Of a DNA stretch of 64,000 nucleotides, positions 39,206 through 53,712 are shown in pieces. This stretch comes from Parasitella parasitica NRRL 2501. Lineage: Eukaryota; Fungi; Mucoromycota. Numbering within the stretch: the first letter of the stretch is position 1; every line of letters begins with the position of its first letter. The position numbers and the translations under genes are program-made. The stretch covers positions 28,301 to 92,300 of the forward strand of contig MU619365.1 of the NCBI GenBank assembly GCA_025201805.1, written 5' to 3'. The notes beneath the pieces were generated by a model. It had not been told where the DNA came from, did not search any database, and worked only from the letters and a program-made list of their open reading frames with translations.

Positions 39206-39998
39206 TTAAGCAGAAGCCTCGGCCTTGGTTTGCTTCTTGGCTTGGGTACCTGTCAAGTAGATTTCGTTAGTTCAATCATATAAAACAACTGCTAAAAACT
39301 TACCCTCACGGAAACCGTTCTTGAAACGACGTTGAACTTCCTTCAAGTGAGCCATACGGCCAGTACCGGTGGTCTTTCTGCGCATACCCTTTTCAGACCA
39401 GTTGACTAGATAAAGCATATATATATATTAGTAATGTTTCTCGTAAAAAAAAAACCCCCCCCCCATGTCCATAAACTAACAAGATCTGATTTTGGCAGCG
39501 GGATAACCACATTGAGCGCAGGTTTTCTTTTGCTTGTGGAAAGAGCGGTTACCACAGCGACGACACAAGGTGTGTGTCTTGGTGTGGCGTTTACCGAAAG
39601 AACTAGTACCCTTAGACTATATATTTAAAAGAAAAAAAAAAAAAAAAAAAAAAAAAAAAGATACATTGTTAATATCACCCAGAATACTGCATTAAAAATT
39701 ACAATCATCCACCAGTATCTCGCCTGCTCATGTTGATTTTGTACGCGCTACAGGAATCAAGCCCAAATGTCTGTCGACAAGCATATGGCCATTGAATCCC
39801 ATTGGCATCAGAGCATTTCAATACACGATAAACAGATATTCCTTTTCCAAGATCCTCCGAAATGTTACATGGCCAGAATGAATTCAACGGTTTAATAATC
39901 GACAAATATTCGCACGAGCAGCTCCAATATTAATCAACATAGGCAGATGGATGGATGGATGGATGATTGCATTTGATAGCATAATAGCACTTTACCAT
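39206..39998 (-). CDS. RPL37: 60S ribosomal protein L37 (eL37); ATG-only first exon and ~380-nt first intron
   Basis: M|[45 protein letters not shown]...[13 protein letters not shown]...RFKNGFRE. Confidence 0.95.
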
Positions 39999-40230
39999 CT
40001 CTAAATTGACTGTTGGTGAAAGGAGGTGGCAGAAGCTTCTGCTATTATTACACCTTTAAAATCATACAGATTTCCCCGCTCGTATTTCGAAAGTGTAGGT
40101 AGGCAAACCCGTCCAAAGTATCCGGACCGGATATCCACTTTAGTATTGATATCAACAATTGCAAGGGAAATACTTAAAATTTCAACTATAAATCCTCTTT
40201 TCCCTCTCTTCTAACCTACAATAAAATAGC

Positions 40231-40861
40231 ATGGCACAGTTGGGTGGAAAAAAGATCAAGTCTGCTGGTCTCAAGATCCAACTGATGGGTAACTATGACA
40301 ACGCGAACTCAGATCAGCCAGATAACACAGATAGGCCACCCTTAACCAACGCTCCGTCAAGCTGGCGTGATGATATTGTTCGTATTGTTCATCATCATGA
40401 AGATGATAACGCCAAATCACTGAATGATATGAAGTCGGATGATTTTGAAAACAAACGGAAGCTAGGTGAGGGTGCAGCGGGTACAGTTTGGCAAGTTATG
40501 CATAAACCATCCAATTTGATTATGGCAAAGAAAGTGAGTCTTTTTGTGAAATACACTATATATTTTTAGTTGCTTATGCAAAGGTAGACAGTTACCGTCG
40601 ATCCCGATCCACAGCTCCAGCGTCAAATTTTGAGAGAATTATCGTTTCTGAAAACTTGCGAATCGCCCTATATTGTATCCTTTTATGGCGCATTTCTGGA
40701 TGATGGAGACACAACTATCGCAATTTGTATGGAATTTTGTGAAGGTGGTAGCTTGGAAGATATTTACAAAAGAGCGAGTGCAATTAACGGCGTCATTGGA
40801 GAAACTATTCTGGCTAATATCGCAGATTCTGTAAATATAAAAGACTTTTTTTTTTTTTCTG

Positions 40862-40917
<56 letters not shown>

Positions 40918-41534
40918 AAATGCTAACATGTACTTAAATTTCTGCGTCAAAGGTGTGTAGAGGTTTGATCTATTTGCATTCTCAAAGTGTTATCCATAGA
41001 GACATCAAACCCTCGAATATCTTGATGACCAAGAAAGGGCAGATTAAATTATGTGATTTGGGCGTATCTGGGGAGTTGATTAACTCGATGGCAGAGACTT
41101 TTACCGGTACGCAGTATTATATGGCAGTAAGTGAACCCTGTATTTATGTCATATGTTGTCTCTTCTAACTACTCTATTTCTGTCCTTTAATCAAGCCTGA
41201 GCGTATTAAGGGTGCAACTTATTCCGTTCGCTCCGATATATGGTCCCTGGGCTTAACCATCATTGAGGTAGCACAGAATAAACCAGCATTACCCCCACCA
41301 GGTCAACCTCACCTGACTATTTTCGAGTTATTGGATTTTATCGTAAATCAGCCTATGCCAAATGTTGGAGCTGATCGGTCTCCTGAGTGCCAGAACTTTG
41401 TTGAGACTTGTCTGATAAAAGATCCAGAAGAGAGACCTTTACCTGAACAGATGCTGGAACACGATTTCATTAAATTAAGAGCTGATCCAGATTGCAACAT
41501 AGAAGATTGGCTGAAAGAATTGTGGCATTGGTAA
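40231..41534 (+). CDS. MKK1: MAP kinase kinase, Mkk1/Pek1-like (4 exons)
   Basis: [61 protein letters not shown]. Confidence 0.88.
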
Positions 41535-41698
41535 TGAAAGATAAAGTGGCACGGCATGAACTGTTGTGTTTCGTATATTAAATATCCAAAGATTATATCC
41601 ACTACTATATTCATTGCATAGTATGAATTATTCAATCTCTTTCGATATTTTATCATATATTGTATTTAAATAAAAGAAACTAAAGAAACCAATAAATA

Positions 41699-44350
41699 CT
41701 GTTATTTTGCAGTTTCTGAAAAAAAAAAGTTCAAGTAAATGATAAAAGTCATGGTGATTGTGATAATAGATATTAGGATTTCTGGTAAAAAGCCTTCTAA
41801 TTTCTGATAAAAGCTAACAAGTTTCTGAGAGAAGAGAAATGTCTCCCTGAAAAAATTTCAAGTGGGGATTTCCATATTTAGAGAAAAAGACTAATTGCTT
41901 TGTTTCATTCATAATGAAAATACAAAGAGAATGCGTCATATCTTTAAGTCCAAGGTAGTCTTTAGAAAAGGTTACGAATGTCTATTGACAAACATCTGTG
42001 ATTCTGGGTGTTAGTGTGTCTGTTGACTTTGGGTCAAAAACCTTTAATTGGATTCAGGAACGGAGAGCAAGGTTGAAGATAAACACATTTATGTCCTTGG
42101 GATCTCATAAATTTCTATATAGATCATTTTTTTATGAATGAGTGTGTTATCCTGGTGGCAGGTTGTTTCATATTCTCTGACATTTTCTTATACCCTCAGT
42201 TAATTTGGCGCCTTTTAGTGTAGAAGGTGTTGTCAGACATTTATCAAGCTGGGTTCTCTATACTCAGTTGCACAATAGAACAGCTAGTCAAGCTAGTGCC
42301 ATCTTTTCCATAATATTGAAATGGTTTAAAAGTGTGTGTCTTTGCAAAGACATCGTGCTTGTTATTTTTTTTGGTCTACGCGGACTTCAGTGTGTTATTG
42401 TCAGAAAAAAGACAAAAACTATAAGAAAACAATGTTTAGCAACCTCAAACACAAAAAAGAGTAATGCAAAGTAATTTAGTAGATTATAAAACACCTTTTG
42501 ATAACATATTTGCATAGCTTAGAGCAAATTTCTGCATGTTTTAAGTTGACATAAAATGACGGAAGCGACTTTTATGACTTTTTTCGGCAAAGTATTTTTC
42601 AAAATCGGAGCGTGAGACCGTCAAGCTAGGTACAGACATTCAAGTACTACCACTAAAAAGCCAAGAATCACATCATTTAGCAAACTAGGTTTCAATTGTT
42701 TTTCTCTTGAATTGGGGAAGCTATGGCTTCTCAGAGCTAATGCTTTCTTGGAAAAGATACAATTTTTCTTTGATGGCGGAGATTAAACGCGTCCAAAATC
42801 AGGAAGGAAAAATTCTTTCAGAAACTCCATTTGTACAATTAGAAAACAAAATTACTTCTTTAAGGCAACATATCATCCCCCGATACTATGCATACCTCGG
42901 CTGTCAGTCTATGATAATTGCTGTATTTTTGGACGCTCTACACGATGGTATTTTTTCATAATTCTCATATACTCATGGAAGGAATTATGTCGAGAAAACC
43001 TCAAAACAGATTAAGAGGGAAAAGTCAATATTTTGCTTAATCAAAGCGCATTTCCAGTCTTTCAGATGAAGGAATGGTCTTTTGCGATCATTTTCCTCTA
43101 ATATATGCTATAGTAAAAAGTTGTATTTTTGAGGTCAAAATCGAGGATAATGCATAATCGATGATTTCGGATGGGTGGATACAAGGAAAAAATCGAAAAA
43201 ATTCGTGATTTTGCATCGAAAAAAAAATCATGCTCAAATTGCACTAAAATCATATATAATATAGATTTTTATCAATGGATACTATTTTTCGTGTTTTCAG
43301 GGCACTTTTGATTACGAAAATTAATCAAATAATGGCTCAGGAAGCTAAAGTTCTTACTTTAAACTGTAAAAAATATCTATCTGGAGATGATATCACGTCA
43401 ATTTTAATTCTAGTACATGGCAAAGCCCTATAAAGCAAGTATTTTTGGTGCCACAAGTATACTTTTCTTCGCGGTAATAAGATAAACAGACGCGGCTCAT
43501 CTGGTTGGAAGCAGAAGAGGATGATTCATGAATAGAATGTTTTCCCGTAAAAACTCCTTGTTATTTGTAAATAATTCGTAAGTTGCTAATTGCTAGTGAT
43601 TGAGAAGTTCTATTACCATTGCTCCTTATAATAATGCTGAATGTCAACTCAAGGGTTCCTTTTCTTTGTGATTCTAATGCTAAGCATGTAAATTAGAAAG
43701 TAAAGTAGAGGTTAGGATTGAGATTGAGGACAATTTTACTAACAAAAGTCAAGTTTCATAATAAGCTTCTGGTAAGATTCCAGATTCCAGGCACTGTGCT
43801 GTAAAGTATCAAATTCTGAATGGGAGATAACTCGTTTTATCAAATACATTTTTGTACACCAACCCGTCCGTTATGGCGAGTCCCGACTGTATATTCTTTT
43901 CTTGATACAAGATATGCTGATTTAACTCAACAGATGTTACATAAAATGATAATGTGAAGTTTTAAAAATAGAGATTGTCATTTGACTGAATATGCTATGA
44001 TTTTTGAAAAGACGTATAATTAAATGAGAAAACAGAATGAAATAGTTAGCTTAAACTTAGATTCAGAGTAAAACTGCTATTGTGTAAATGCATAATTGGA
44101 CAGATACGTAAAACTTGATGCCTTATTAATATCAGCAGTTTGATACTTTCATACTCTATGGTTTTGTAATTCCTCTTGTTCCAACTACGGTAGAAATATT
44201 CTTAGGGAGACATATCTCTTCTCTCAGAAACTTCTCAGTTTTTATCAGAGATAAAAGATTTGTTACAGAAACCCTAATATATATTATCACAATCACCATG
44301 ACCTTTATTCATTTACTTGAATTTTTTTTTCTGAAACTATAAAAAGACTG
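41699..44350. mobile_element. Degenerate Tc1/mariner-like DNA element with ~160-bp imperfect TIRs and TA target duplication
   Basis: 41699-~41860 is the reverse complement of ~44190-44350 (e.g. TCAAGTAAATG..AAAG.TCATGGTGATTGTGATAAT, GTTTCTGAGAGAAGAGA.ATGTCTCCCT); TA at 41697-98 and 44351-52; right end ...ACTG; no intact transposase. Confidence 0.75.
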
Positions 44351-44458
44351 TATAATTGACCATATCTCACGTAAAAAATTAATAGAAATTATAAGGTTAT
44401 CCTAGCTGAAAGCCACACCTCGGTTGCAAATTTAATAATTCTTTATTGATTTCACTGC

Positions 44459-47400
44459 TTACATGTAAATGTCGTCCTCAATCTCGATAGTTTCGACTGT
44501 ATGGGATGCTGTTGATCGACTGACATAAACCTCTTCTTCCACCTCGATTATCTGTATCTCTCTTTTTGGTGGCTGTCGTTTTCGGTCTCTTTCAACTTCA
44601 ATGACTTGAACACTGAAATTTCTAGTCGGCTGCTGCTGAAGTGATCGGGTATGTGTTTTTTGGTGTGTTGGTAATTTTTGGTCGTCTATGGTCGATGTAC
44701 TATTGTCGCTATCATTTTGATATTGTATTTGCTTACTGTTAGTTTTGTCCTCGAAAAAATAATCGTCATCACTATCACTATCATCATGAATCTGCTTCTG
44801 CCACATCTTATAGTAAATACCGCCTAAAAAAAAAGGTCATTTAACACGATATCGATATCATACAAGTACATAATAACATATACCTCCATTAATCGCCGTT
44901 GTCTTTTCCATTAACTGTTGATGGCTACCTTTCTCAACGACCATTCCATCTTTGACACTACACATATGTAAGGAGTGTTAAAAATATATAAGTATGTCAG
45001 ATTTTACACGCAAACATAATGTATTAACTTACACAAAGATCAAGTCTGCATTTACAACGCTAGCTAATCTATGGGTAACAATCAATGTGGTTCGGTCTTT
45101 TGTCATACTAGACAATGCTTGCAGAGTGCGTCCTTCGGTTGTTCTACGTAAAATACAGAACATAATCAATAATTTTTCTCATCTGTTGGAAAAGCAACAT
45201 TACACATCAAGAGCGCTTGTGTCCAAGAGAATGATAGGGGCGTTTTTAAGAAAAGTTCTAGCGATAGCAATACGTTGCTAATCATCATGTGAGTGAGCTG
45301 AATATTCATCAAATTTAACCCGTAAATACCTTGTCGCTCGTAGTTAGGCAAAGACCCTGCTCGCCTACCTTTGTCTCATACCCATCTGGGAAAGACTCGA
45401 TCTTGTCGTGAAATTGTGCTGCTTTCGCTGCCATTTTTACTTGGCTTTCGTCAGCATTGACATTTCCATAATGAATATTATAGTAAATAGACTCGTTGAA
45501 CAGCACCGTATCCTTCGGCATGATGCCAATATTTTTTCTCAGTGATGATTGTGTAACTTGACCTATATCTTGACCATCAATGTAAATGTGGCCTGAAAGA
45601 GGATCATGAAAACGGAATAGCAGACGTAAAACGGCTGATTTTCCACCACTTGCAGGCCCTACAAAAGCTACAGTCGCGCCCTTTGGAATAGAAAAGGATA
45701 TACCATTTAGAGCATTTTGACGCTCCCTTTGGGCAAACGTAACATTATCTACGTCAAGCACCATTGACTGATTAGTTTGCTTGTGTACGTATCAGAATAA
45801 ATTGAATTTCTTTGAACAAACCAAATACAACATGACCTTGCGAAACTTGTAATTCTTTAGCGTTTGGTGTATCCTTGATAGTTTGATCTTCTTGTAAGAA
45901 TGTCAGCATTTTTTCCATGCGGATAAAATTGGTCTGAACCATTCTGTAATGGGTACCAATATGGTGTAACTGTAACACGAAAGTTGGAACACTTATAATA
46001 AGCATTAATGACCCTTGCGAACAAACAACGGTACTTACTGGTGTAAAAATTTGCATCATGTAGATGTTGAAAGCGACGAAATCACCAGATTCCAATTGAC
46101 CTATAGAGACCTGGTAACCAATCCATAGAGAACCAGAAAGCAAACTGCCCGTGATAATAGCATTCTGAATCAAATTTAGTGTATTCAGTGAAGCAGAGCT
46201 CTTCCGGTCTGCTTGTTGGCAACTGACAATAGCATCTTTGTAACGAGCATGTTCAAAGTTTTCGGCATTGTAGCATTTCACAGTTTCAACATTGGCGAGA
46301 GAAGAAGCAGCCCTTGTGCAAGTATTCTTGTCCAATTCCACTATATTTTGATCGTATTCTGCCATCCTTTCCGTAGCAGCTATGGTCACATTCATATAGA
46401 ACATCGCGGCCACAAATATGAGTAAGCCAAAAGCTGGCGCATATATGTATGCTGCAAAAAAGGAAACCAAAATGATATTTGCCCAAATGGGGAAGATTTG
46501 AAAAAGGATTTGGTGAAGTAAGCTGACCACAGAATTCGCACCTTGTTCCATCACGCGCTGGACTTCCCCGGTTTTGCGATTGGTATGAAAACCAACAGAT
46601 GAAATATGCAAATGGCTAAACACCTTGAGAGAAACATCTTGAGTAATATGTTGGCTAATTGGGGCCCATAACCAATTTTGGATCGATTGAAATAATCCGG
46701 TATCACCTTGCAAGGATTTGAAGCCAATGTAAGCAACGATAGGAAGCCATGAAAACTGGCCGTCCCGAAGATCATCAACAATGCGGCCAATTTTAAAGGG
46801 GACTAATAAATTGACTGCAAGTCCAAGTCCAATAGTGAAAAAGCTCAAGAGGACGCAAAGCTGCAATTTCAGATTATTATGTGGCCAAATAAAAGGTAAT
46901 AATTTTTTCATGTTCCTAATGGATCCAGAGAATGCGCTTTCTGTTCGTGTAATAGTTGTAGTAATCGTTGTCATTTTAGTGGAGCCATATTGATGCTGCT
47001 GCTGAGAGTAAACAGTTGTTGATCCTACTAATAACGGCGATGATTCCGCTACTGTTGGTCTTGACTTGGATAAGTGAATAATTGACAGTACGAATATGAT
47101 CCACTCAACGATGTATCGAGTAATGAAAACTCCCAAAAAGAAATAATCGTAGATAGTAAATACTGTGCCTGCAAAATGAAATGTAAGCTTGATGTTCATT
47201 TTGTTTTCCTTTCTTATTTTCGCCCCGTATGATAACAATAACCTGCCCCTCCTTTTTTTTTTTTTTTTTTTTTTTTTCGGGCGTTCGCTCTCCTTAAATA
47301 TTACATTACCTGGTAGATGCTTCGTTATTCCCCTTAACCAATACCACCCAACAATAGTTTCCATGGCAACAGCCAAAAACCAGAACGCATACTGAACCCA

Positions 47401-47775
47401 GTACCACTTGTTATGATTTGATTGAGCTTCCGTAATTAGTGTAATGATACATAATGACCATGAAAACCAAGACACAGCAATGTAATACGCAAGCACAGTT
47501 GATGTCCAGAATTGTTCTACGATTGCTCTTGTAACAAGTACAATTGAATCAAAGATGAGTGTGATTGAAACAATCAAACTTGCAATTGCAATAAATTTTG
47601 ACCATGCAGACAAATTTGTAGGCTGTTTGTTAATATTGTGGTAATGACGAGGTGCAGCAAAGGCAATTATAGCACTCAACAATAAGGTGGGACCGTAAAC
47701 AAAGGGTGTTGACCAGATAAATTCATCAATTGAATAGAATGGTGGAAATGGGTTCTTTCCGCAATCACCATCCAT
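44459..47775 (-). CDS. HMT1/ABCB6-like ABC half-transporter with degenerate nucleotide-binding domain
   Basis: Extended N-terminal membrane region, LLPFIWP, FHTNRKTGEVQRVMEQG, NVETVKCYNAENFE, IYIDGQDI, QRIAIAR, THRL; frame intact across about 8 exons. Confidence 0.88.
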
Positions 47776-50227
47776 AATTGATCTTTATATTAAAGAGAAA
47801 CAAAAAGGGAAACAAAAAAGAAAAAGGAAAAGCGGATTATTGTATACAGTGTAGATGGCGTTTCTGTGCTTAATATAGTCTAAAAAAGGCGTAGCTCTAA
47901 TATAGCTATTTTGTCAATCTCTTATGAATACTTTCTGCTGCCATATTAGAGTTGAGCATTATTAATAGATCTGCTTTAATTTATTCTACATAACATATAA
48001 TTGGAAACATCATGAGAAACCCTTTTCTACAGTAATTTTGGGCACAACATGTTTGAAAACTAGACTATCGACGAATGGCGCTGAACCAATATGCAGTTGG
48101 ATCATGATTAGAGGATATTTCTGCCAACAACTTGGACTGTGAGGTAAGGGGTACTCCACAAGATGCACCCCATCTTTCCAATTTTTTTCATGCAAAGCAT
48201 ATCCCAAATAATATGTACATCACGTAATTTACGAGATGTGTGATAATTGGAGATGCTGTATCCGAGTAACCAAGTATATAGTATATAATAGTAAATTGTA
48301 AGATATAAACCACGATCATGGTAACAGAAAGCAAGTTTATAAAGCTATGCTTTATACAAAAAACAAGGGGTTTTAATGACATTTTTTGCTTGATAAAACC
48401 CTGATAACTTTAATGTAACATTGAATAAACATATATATAACTCTATTATTTACAACATGCTAATATAAAAGCACGTCAAATAGGCTTACGCTATGAACAA
48501 TTCAATCGTAATATCAGACTACTTATATTTTAACTCTTGATAAACAGTAGGAACTGGTCTACCTTTCGTGGATTTTGAGCAGCATGTTTACGTATCCTAT
48601 TCAATCAAGATTCTGAATTCAATGGTAATAAGAAAAAAGCTGCGCCTTTCTGTTAGCCGTACGCTATGATGTCTATATCAAACATCTTGATACAATAATA
48701 TAAAGAAACTTGCTATAAATTCACAGAGTTCAACTGCATTCGCACAATCACAGAGTGAAATTAAATTTGTATTATCTTAATTCAATGGTTTACTATTACC
48801 AGCACTGAAAATCAACATGATAAATTTCCTACATTTTATTTTCACAAAAATCAACCTTGATGTCTACCAATTCATAGATACGCCTCGAGTTAGTTTCAAG
48901 GCATCCATGATCATGTTTGTACACCCAAACAGGATACACTTGTACAGCATGGGGTAAATAACCTTATCAGGTCAAAATGAATTAAATCACGAAAGAATAA
49001 GTGGCATCCATAGGTCTCAATTTTAATGTAGTACCAAATGCGTTTGGAAAAGAAGTATTTCGTGGTAAAAAAAAAAATCAAGGCTTGTGTACGAAATGAC
49101 CTCGTGTTTGCGTGTTGTGGGGTATTTTGAAAATTGGAATGGACGTAAAGTGGTTCGATTGCACTTTAAAAAGGGTAGGAAGAAAGAAGGATAGTATTGG
49201 ATTGGATGTTATTTTTTTGTTCTCTTTGTCACTTTAGTAAAGTGTAAATTGTTTGAGCAAGCACTGATGCAATTCCATTGCTCGCGAAAATTTTGGAGAC
49301 CTTGGTGATGAGCGGCTATGAGATGCGCATAATGACCTTTTTTTGTGTGTGTATTTGATCCATTACTACACGCATTTTGAACTGATTTTTTTGTCGTGTG
49401 CAACTTGAACATCTATATAAGTTTCAAAAAGAAGCTGATGTGGGCAGTGCAACATATCACAAATGCAAACAATGGGAAAGGGAAATTTTGCTGGATGATC
49501 GCCTTTGATTTCTAGATCGTGTATATCACTGCACTCGCCTACTGGATTTTGCTCTTAAATGAACAAAGTCTAAAAATTTTATGATGGTGTCCAGTATCTG
49601 TATTTAGCTAAATTTATGCACAGAATGTTTCTCCACCACACTGACCAACATGTAATGTTGGGTTTTTTTTCCCATGCTGTATCACAGCATATTTCCTTTT
49701 CAGCGTCATTAATCATAAAGAATAAGATGAAACAGGCTTTGTTATTTTTTACAGTGGAAAAAAGGGGAAATAGTCTATAGAATGATGAAAAAGAAAACAT
49801 TTGGTTCATGTATAAAACTTGAGGGTGTATATTTTGCCATCGAGATGATAATGACTTTTTTTTCTCTAAAATGGGCGAAGGGGTGGGGGGGTGAGGGTTA
49901 TGATAAGCTACTACAAATACATAGATGAAGGAAAGGGAAGGTCATAGAAGGTCATAAAAAATGGCATAAGTTAGAGTATTTACAAAAACTGGCTCTCATA
50001 AATAGTAGCTTGGTGGAGGAGTAAAATAAAAACGGCTATTGTTTATGACGATGAAGCACCAAAAATTATATGTTGTATTTCGAAACTGGAGATGGAAAAG
50101 TCTAAATAGTTGGGGTAAAAGTGAATGCATTTTTCCTTTGTTCTTCTGTTAATTGTTTACTGATTTTGCTAAATTTTTTTTGGTGATATTTTTTTTTTCG
50201 TTGATTGACATCTATGTTGGATCGCAA

Positions 50228-51149
<922 letters not shown>

Positions 51150-53712
51150 TTAGAAAGAGAAGAAAAGAGCTGAGGAGAAAAAAAAAAGCAAGAAGAGAAA
51201 CCCTCTTTATTGGGATCAATGAAGATGAAGCCCTTTTATAGCCCTCAGGTCACTGGGTCTATAGTGTTTTAAAGTTTTTGTGGGAGTTCAGGAAGTAGCA
51301 CAAGGCTATTTCCGAATGACACGAACGGACACCAGAGAATTTAATTGTATCCTTTGAGTCACAGTGGATTAAGTCAAGAGTGCCTTGAAAAAAAAGAGGC
51401 AGGAGTAAGGGCTCGATTCCCACCCCATAAAAATCTGATTTTTACATTTTGAATGAACCAAATAAGAACGCTTAGGATGAATGTTGTGTGCCCAAACAGG
51501 CACCTTTTCTTAATCAGTCACCATGCCAAATGTCTGTAGCTAATGCGTTAAAGACGGATGTTTTGTTGACCTTTTAGCAGTTGACTAAGAAAAGTTACTC
51601 CCTAACACACTGACCATCAAGTCGTATATATGATAGATGTTAGTAGGGTCGTTATAGTGGCAATGATGGCCCCTTAAAACAGCCCTAATTATCTAGATTC
51701 CTTGCTAGTAATAAAACACAATGATCGATTTTGTTGAAGGAAAAGACTCAGAAGTTAGGCATCACAACCGTTTACACGTTTATTTGCATGTTTGGAATAC
51801 ACAAATTCAACAACTAGACGCTATGCTGCTCTTTTGGACTTGCCGCTCAATACCAAAAGCATAGTTTATAAGGTTTTCGACTAAACGTGTATATTAGTAT
51901 ATCAAGTTATCAATTAAAATGTAATTTGTTGCATCCGCTTTGAGGAGGGCCACGTTTTTTTTAAACACTAGCTTTCTTGTGTAATTTAAATCATCGCGTG
52001 TGCCGGTACCACCATACCACATTAAATTAAAGGGATATAATTAATATTCGCAAACGTCAGCTGTTAAATTTCTGAGTTATGCCTCCAAGACTATTAACGT
52101 AGTACAGTCGCTTGAAAGTTGCAAGTATAGGACTATTTTAGGGGAGGTACCCAGGGCACGAGCCACTAATAAGTGTTTCTTTGAGTGGTTGAACTAAAGC
52201 ATTCGGGCTGATTGGGAAAGATCGAAGCAAACCAGATACTGAAATGTCACCTTGAAGAACTCTACACTGCATGCGCACATCAAGATTATTTCAGATGCAT
52301 TATATACATGTACAGTTCACATCATATGTATATATATGGTAACAGAACGTATGATCGACCAGTGATTTTATAATAATAGGTCATTATTTTATATTGGGGT
52401 GTCTCAATGTAGGACGAACAATGTTCAAGATTGATCTTGTGAGACATTAAGAATTATAATAACGCTTTAGATTACATCAGCCAAGGCCGTATGGACACCA
52501 CTATAGCATCTGCGATAAGAAAATCCCTATAATCAGATAAATGCATACTCTGCATTTGCCATTTACTAAAAGTGCCCAAATGTCCATCATGTTTGCATAG
52601 CCATGTAGCTTCTTTTGACTTTCCGCCAAGAACAGAAGAGTTGTCTATTCATTGTAATACAATCATTTACATCTTCAAGTCCGCGTTTTATTTTAAAACT
52701 GCTTACTTACCCAGCATACAAACATATCGCCATCGACAGTAAATCTCAAACTAATTTCGATGATGAAATCCCTTTCCCACAAACGCAAGGTCCCTAACTC
52801 TTTTTTTTTTCATTTGGGTATAAGCGATTCCATGTATCTGTGTAGCACCAACTGTGTAATACACGTCTGTAAATTAGTGTTTTATTCGGGTTCTATACTC
52901 AAATAGTCTGTGTATTCGAATTATGCTATAAAAAGACACTTTTGTCGGAGAAGAAAGGCAATTTGGCTGCCATGGAGATGCAGATTACGTTACAACATGT
53001 AAACCTTCTTTGCTCTCGTGGCTCTTGTGGCTCTCGCGCATTTTTATTTTAGTTGTATAGGTCCGTAGCTTCGGGAACGGATATTGTTGGTGCGCTCGGG
53101 CCTTGGTAATTGTTCATCCATATTAAATAAGCACATATACCATTCAATAGTAGTTTCAAATGTAAATCTTTATTTTTTTTTGTTATTGTTATTCGGTCAC
53201 ATTATTCTTCGAAAACGCTCTATCTGTTTGGATTGCACTCTTGAAACACAACATATTTGCTGTATACAAAGGAGAAGGAGAAGCCTCTTTTTTACACAGC
53301 ACATATCTTTTTAAGGTTACAAAAGTGCAAAAGAGAGTTTGCCATGTGGAAAATATTTAAGCTCAAATAATAAATAAAGAAGGCTGCGGGTTGCACAACA
53401 AATCAGTACACACATGCTCAATAAAAATCATTGCATATTGGATGCTCTTCATGACTCAACTATGCAAAACGAGATTTACAGTATTGAAATCCACGCAATT
53501 TTCCCAAGGGTATAATTGATGCTGCTGCTGTTATCATTTTGAGAAAACGTAGAATATCCTAATCAAGATAATATCTATGATCCTTCCAATATACTCTAAT
53601 GATCTTTGAAAACGTATTAAATATTTTTACCACTTCTTATTGCATGCTTGAGACTACTCTACAATAAATTTTTATTTCATTAAAGATACAAGAAAATATA
53701 TATATAAAAAAA

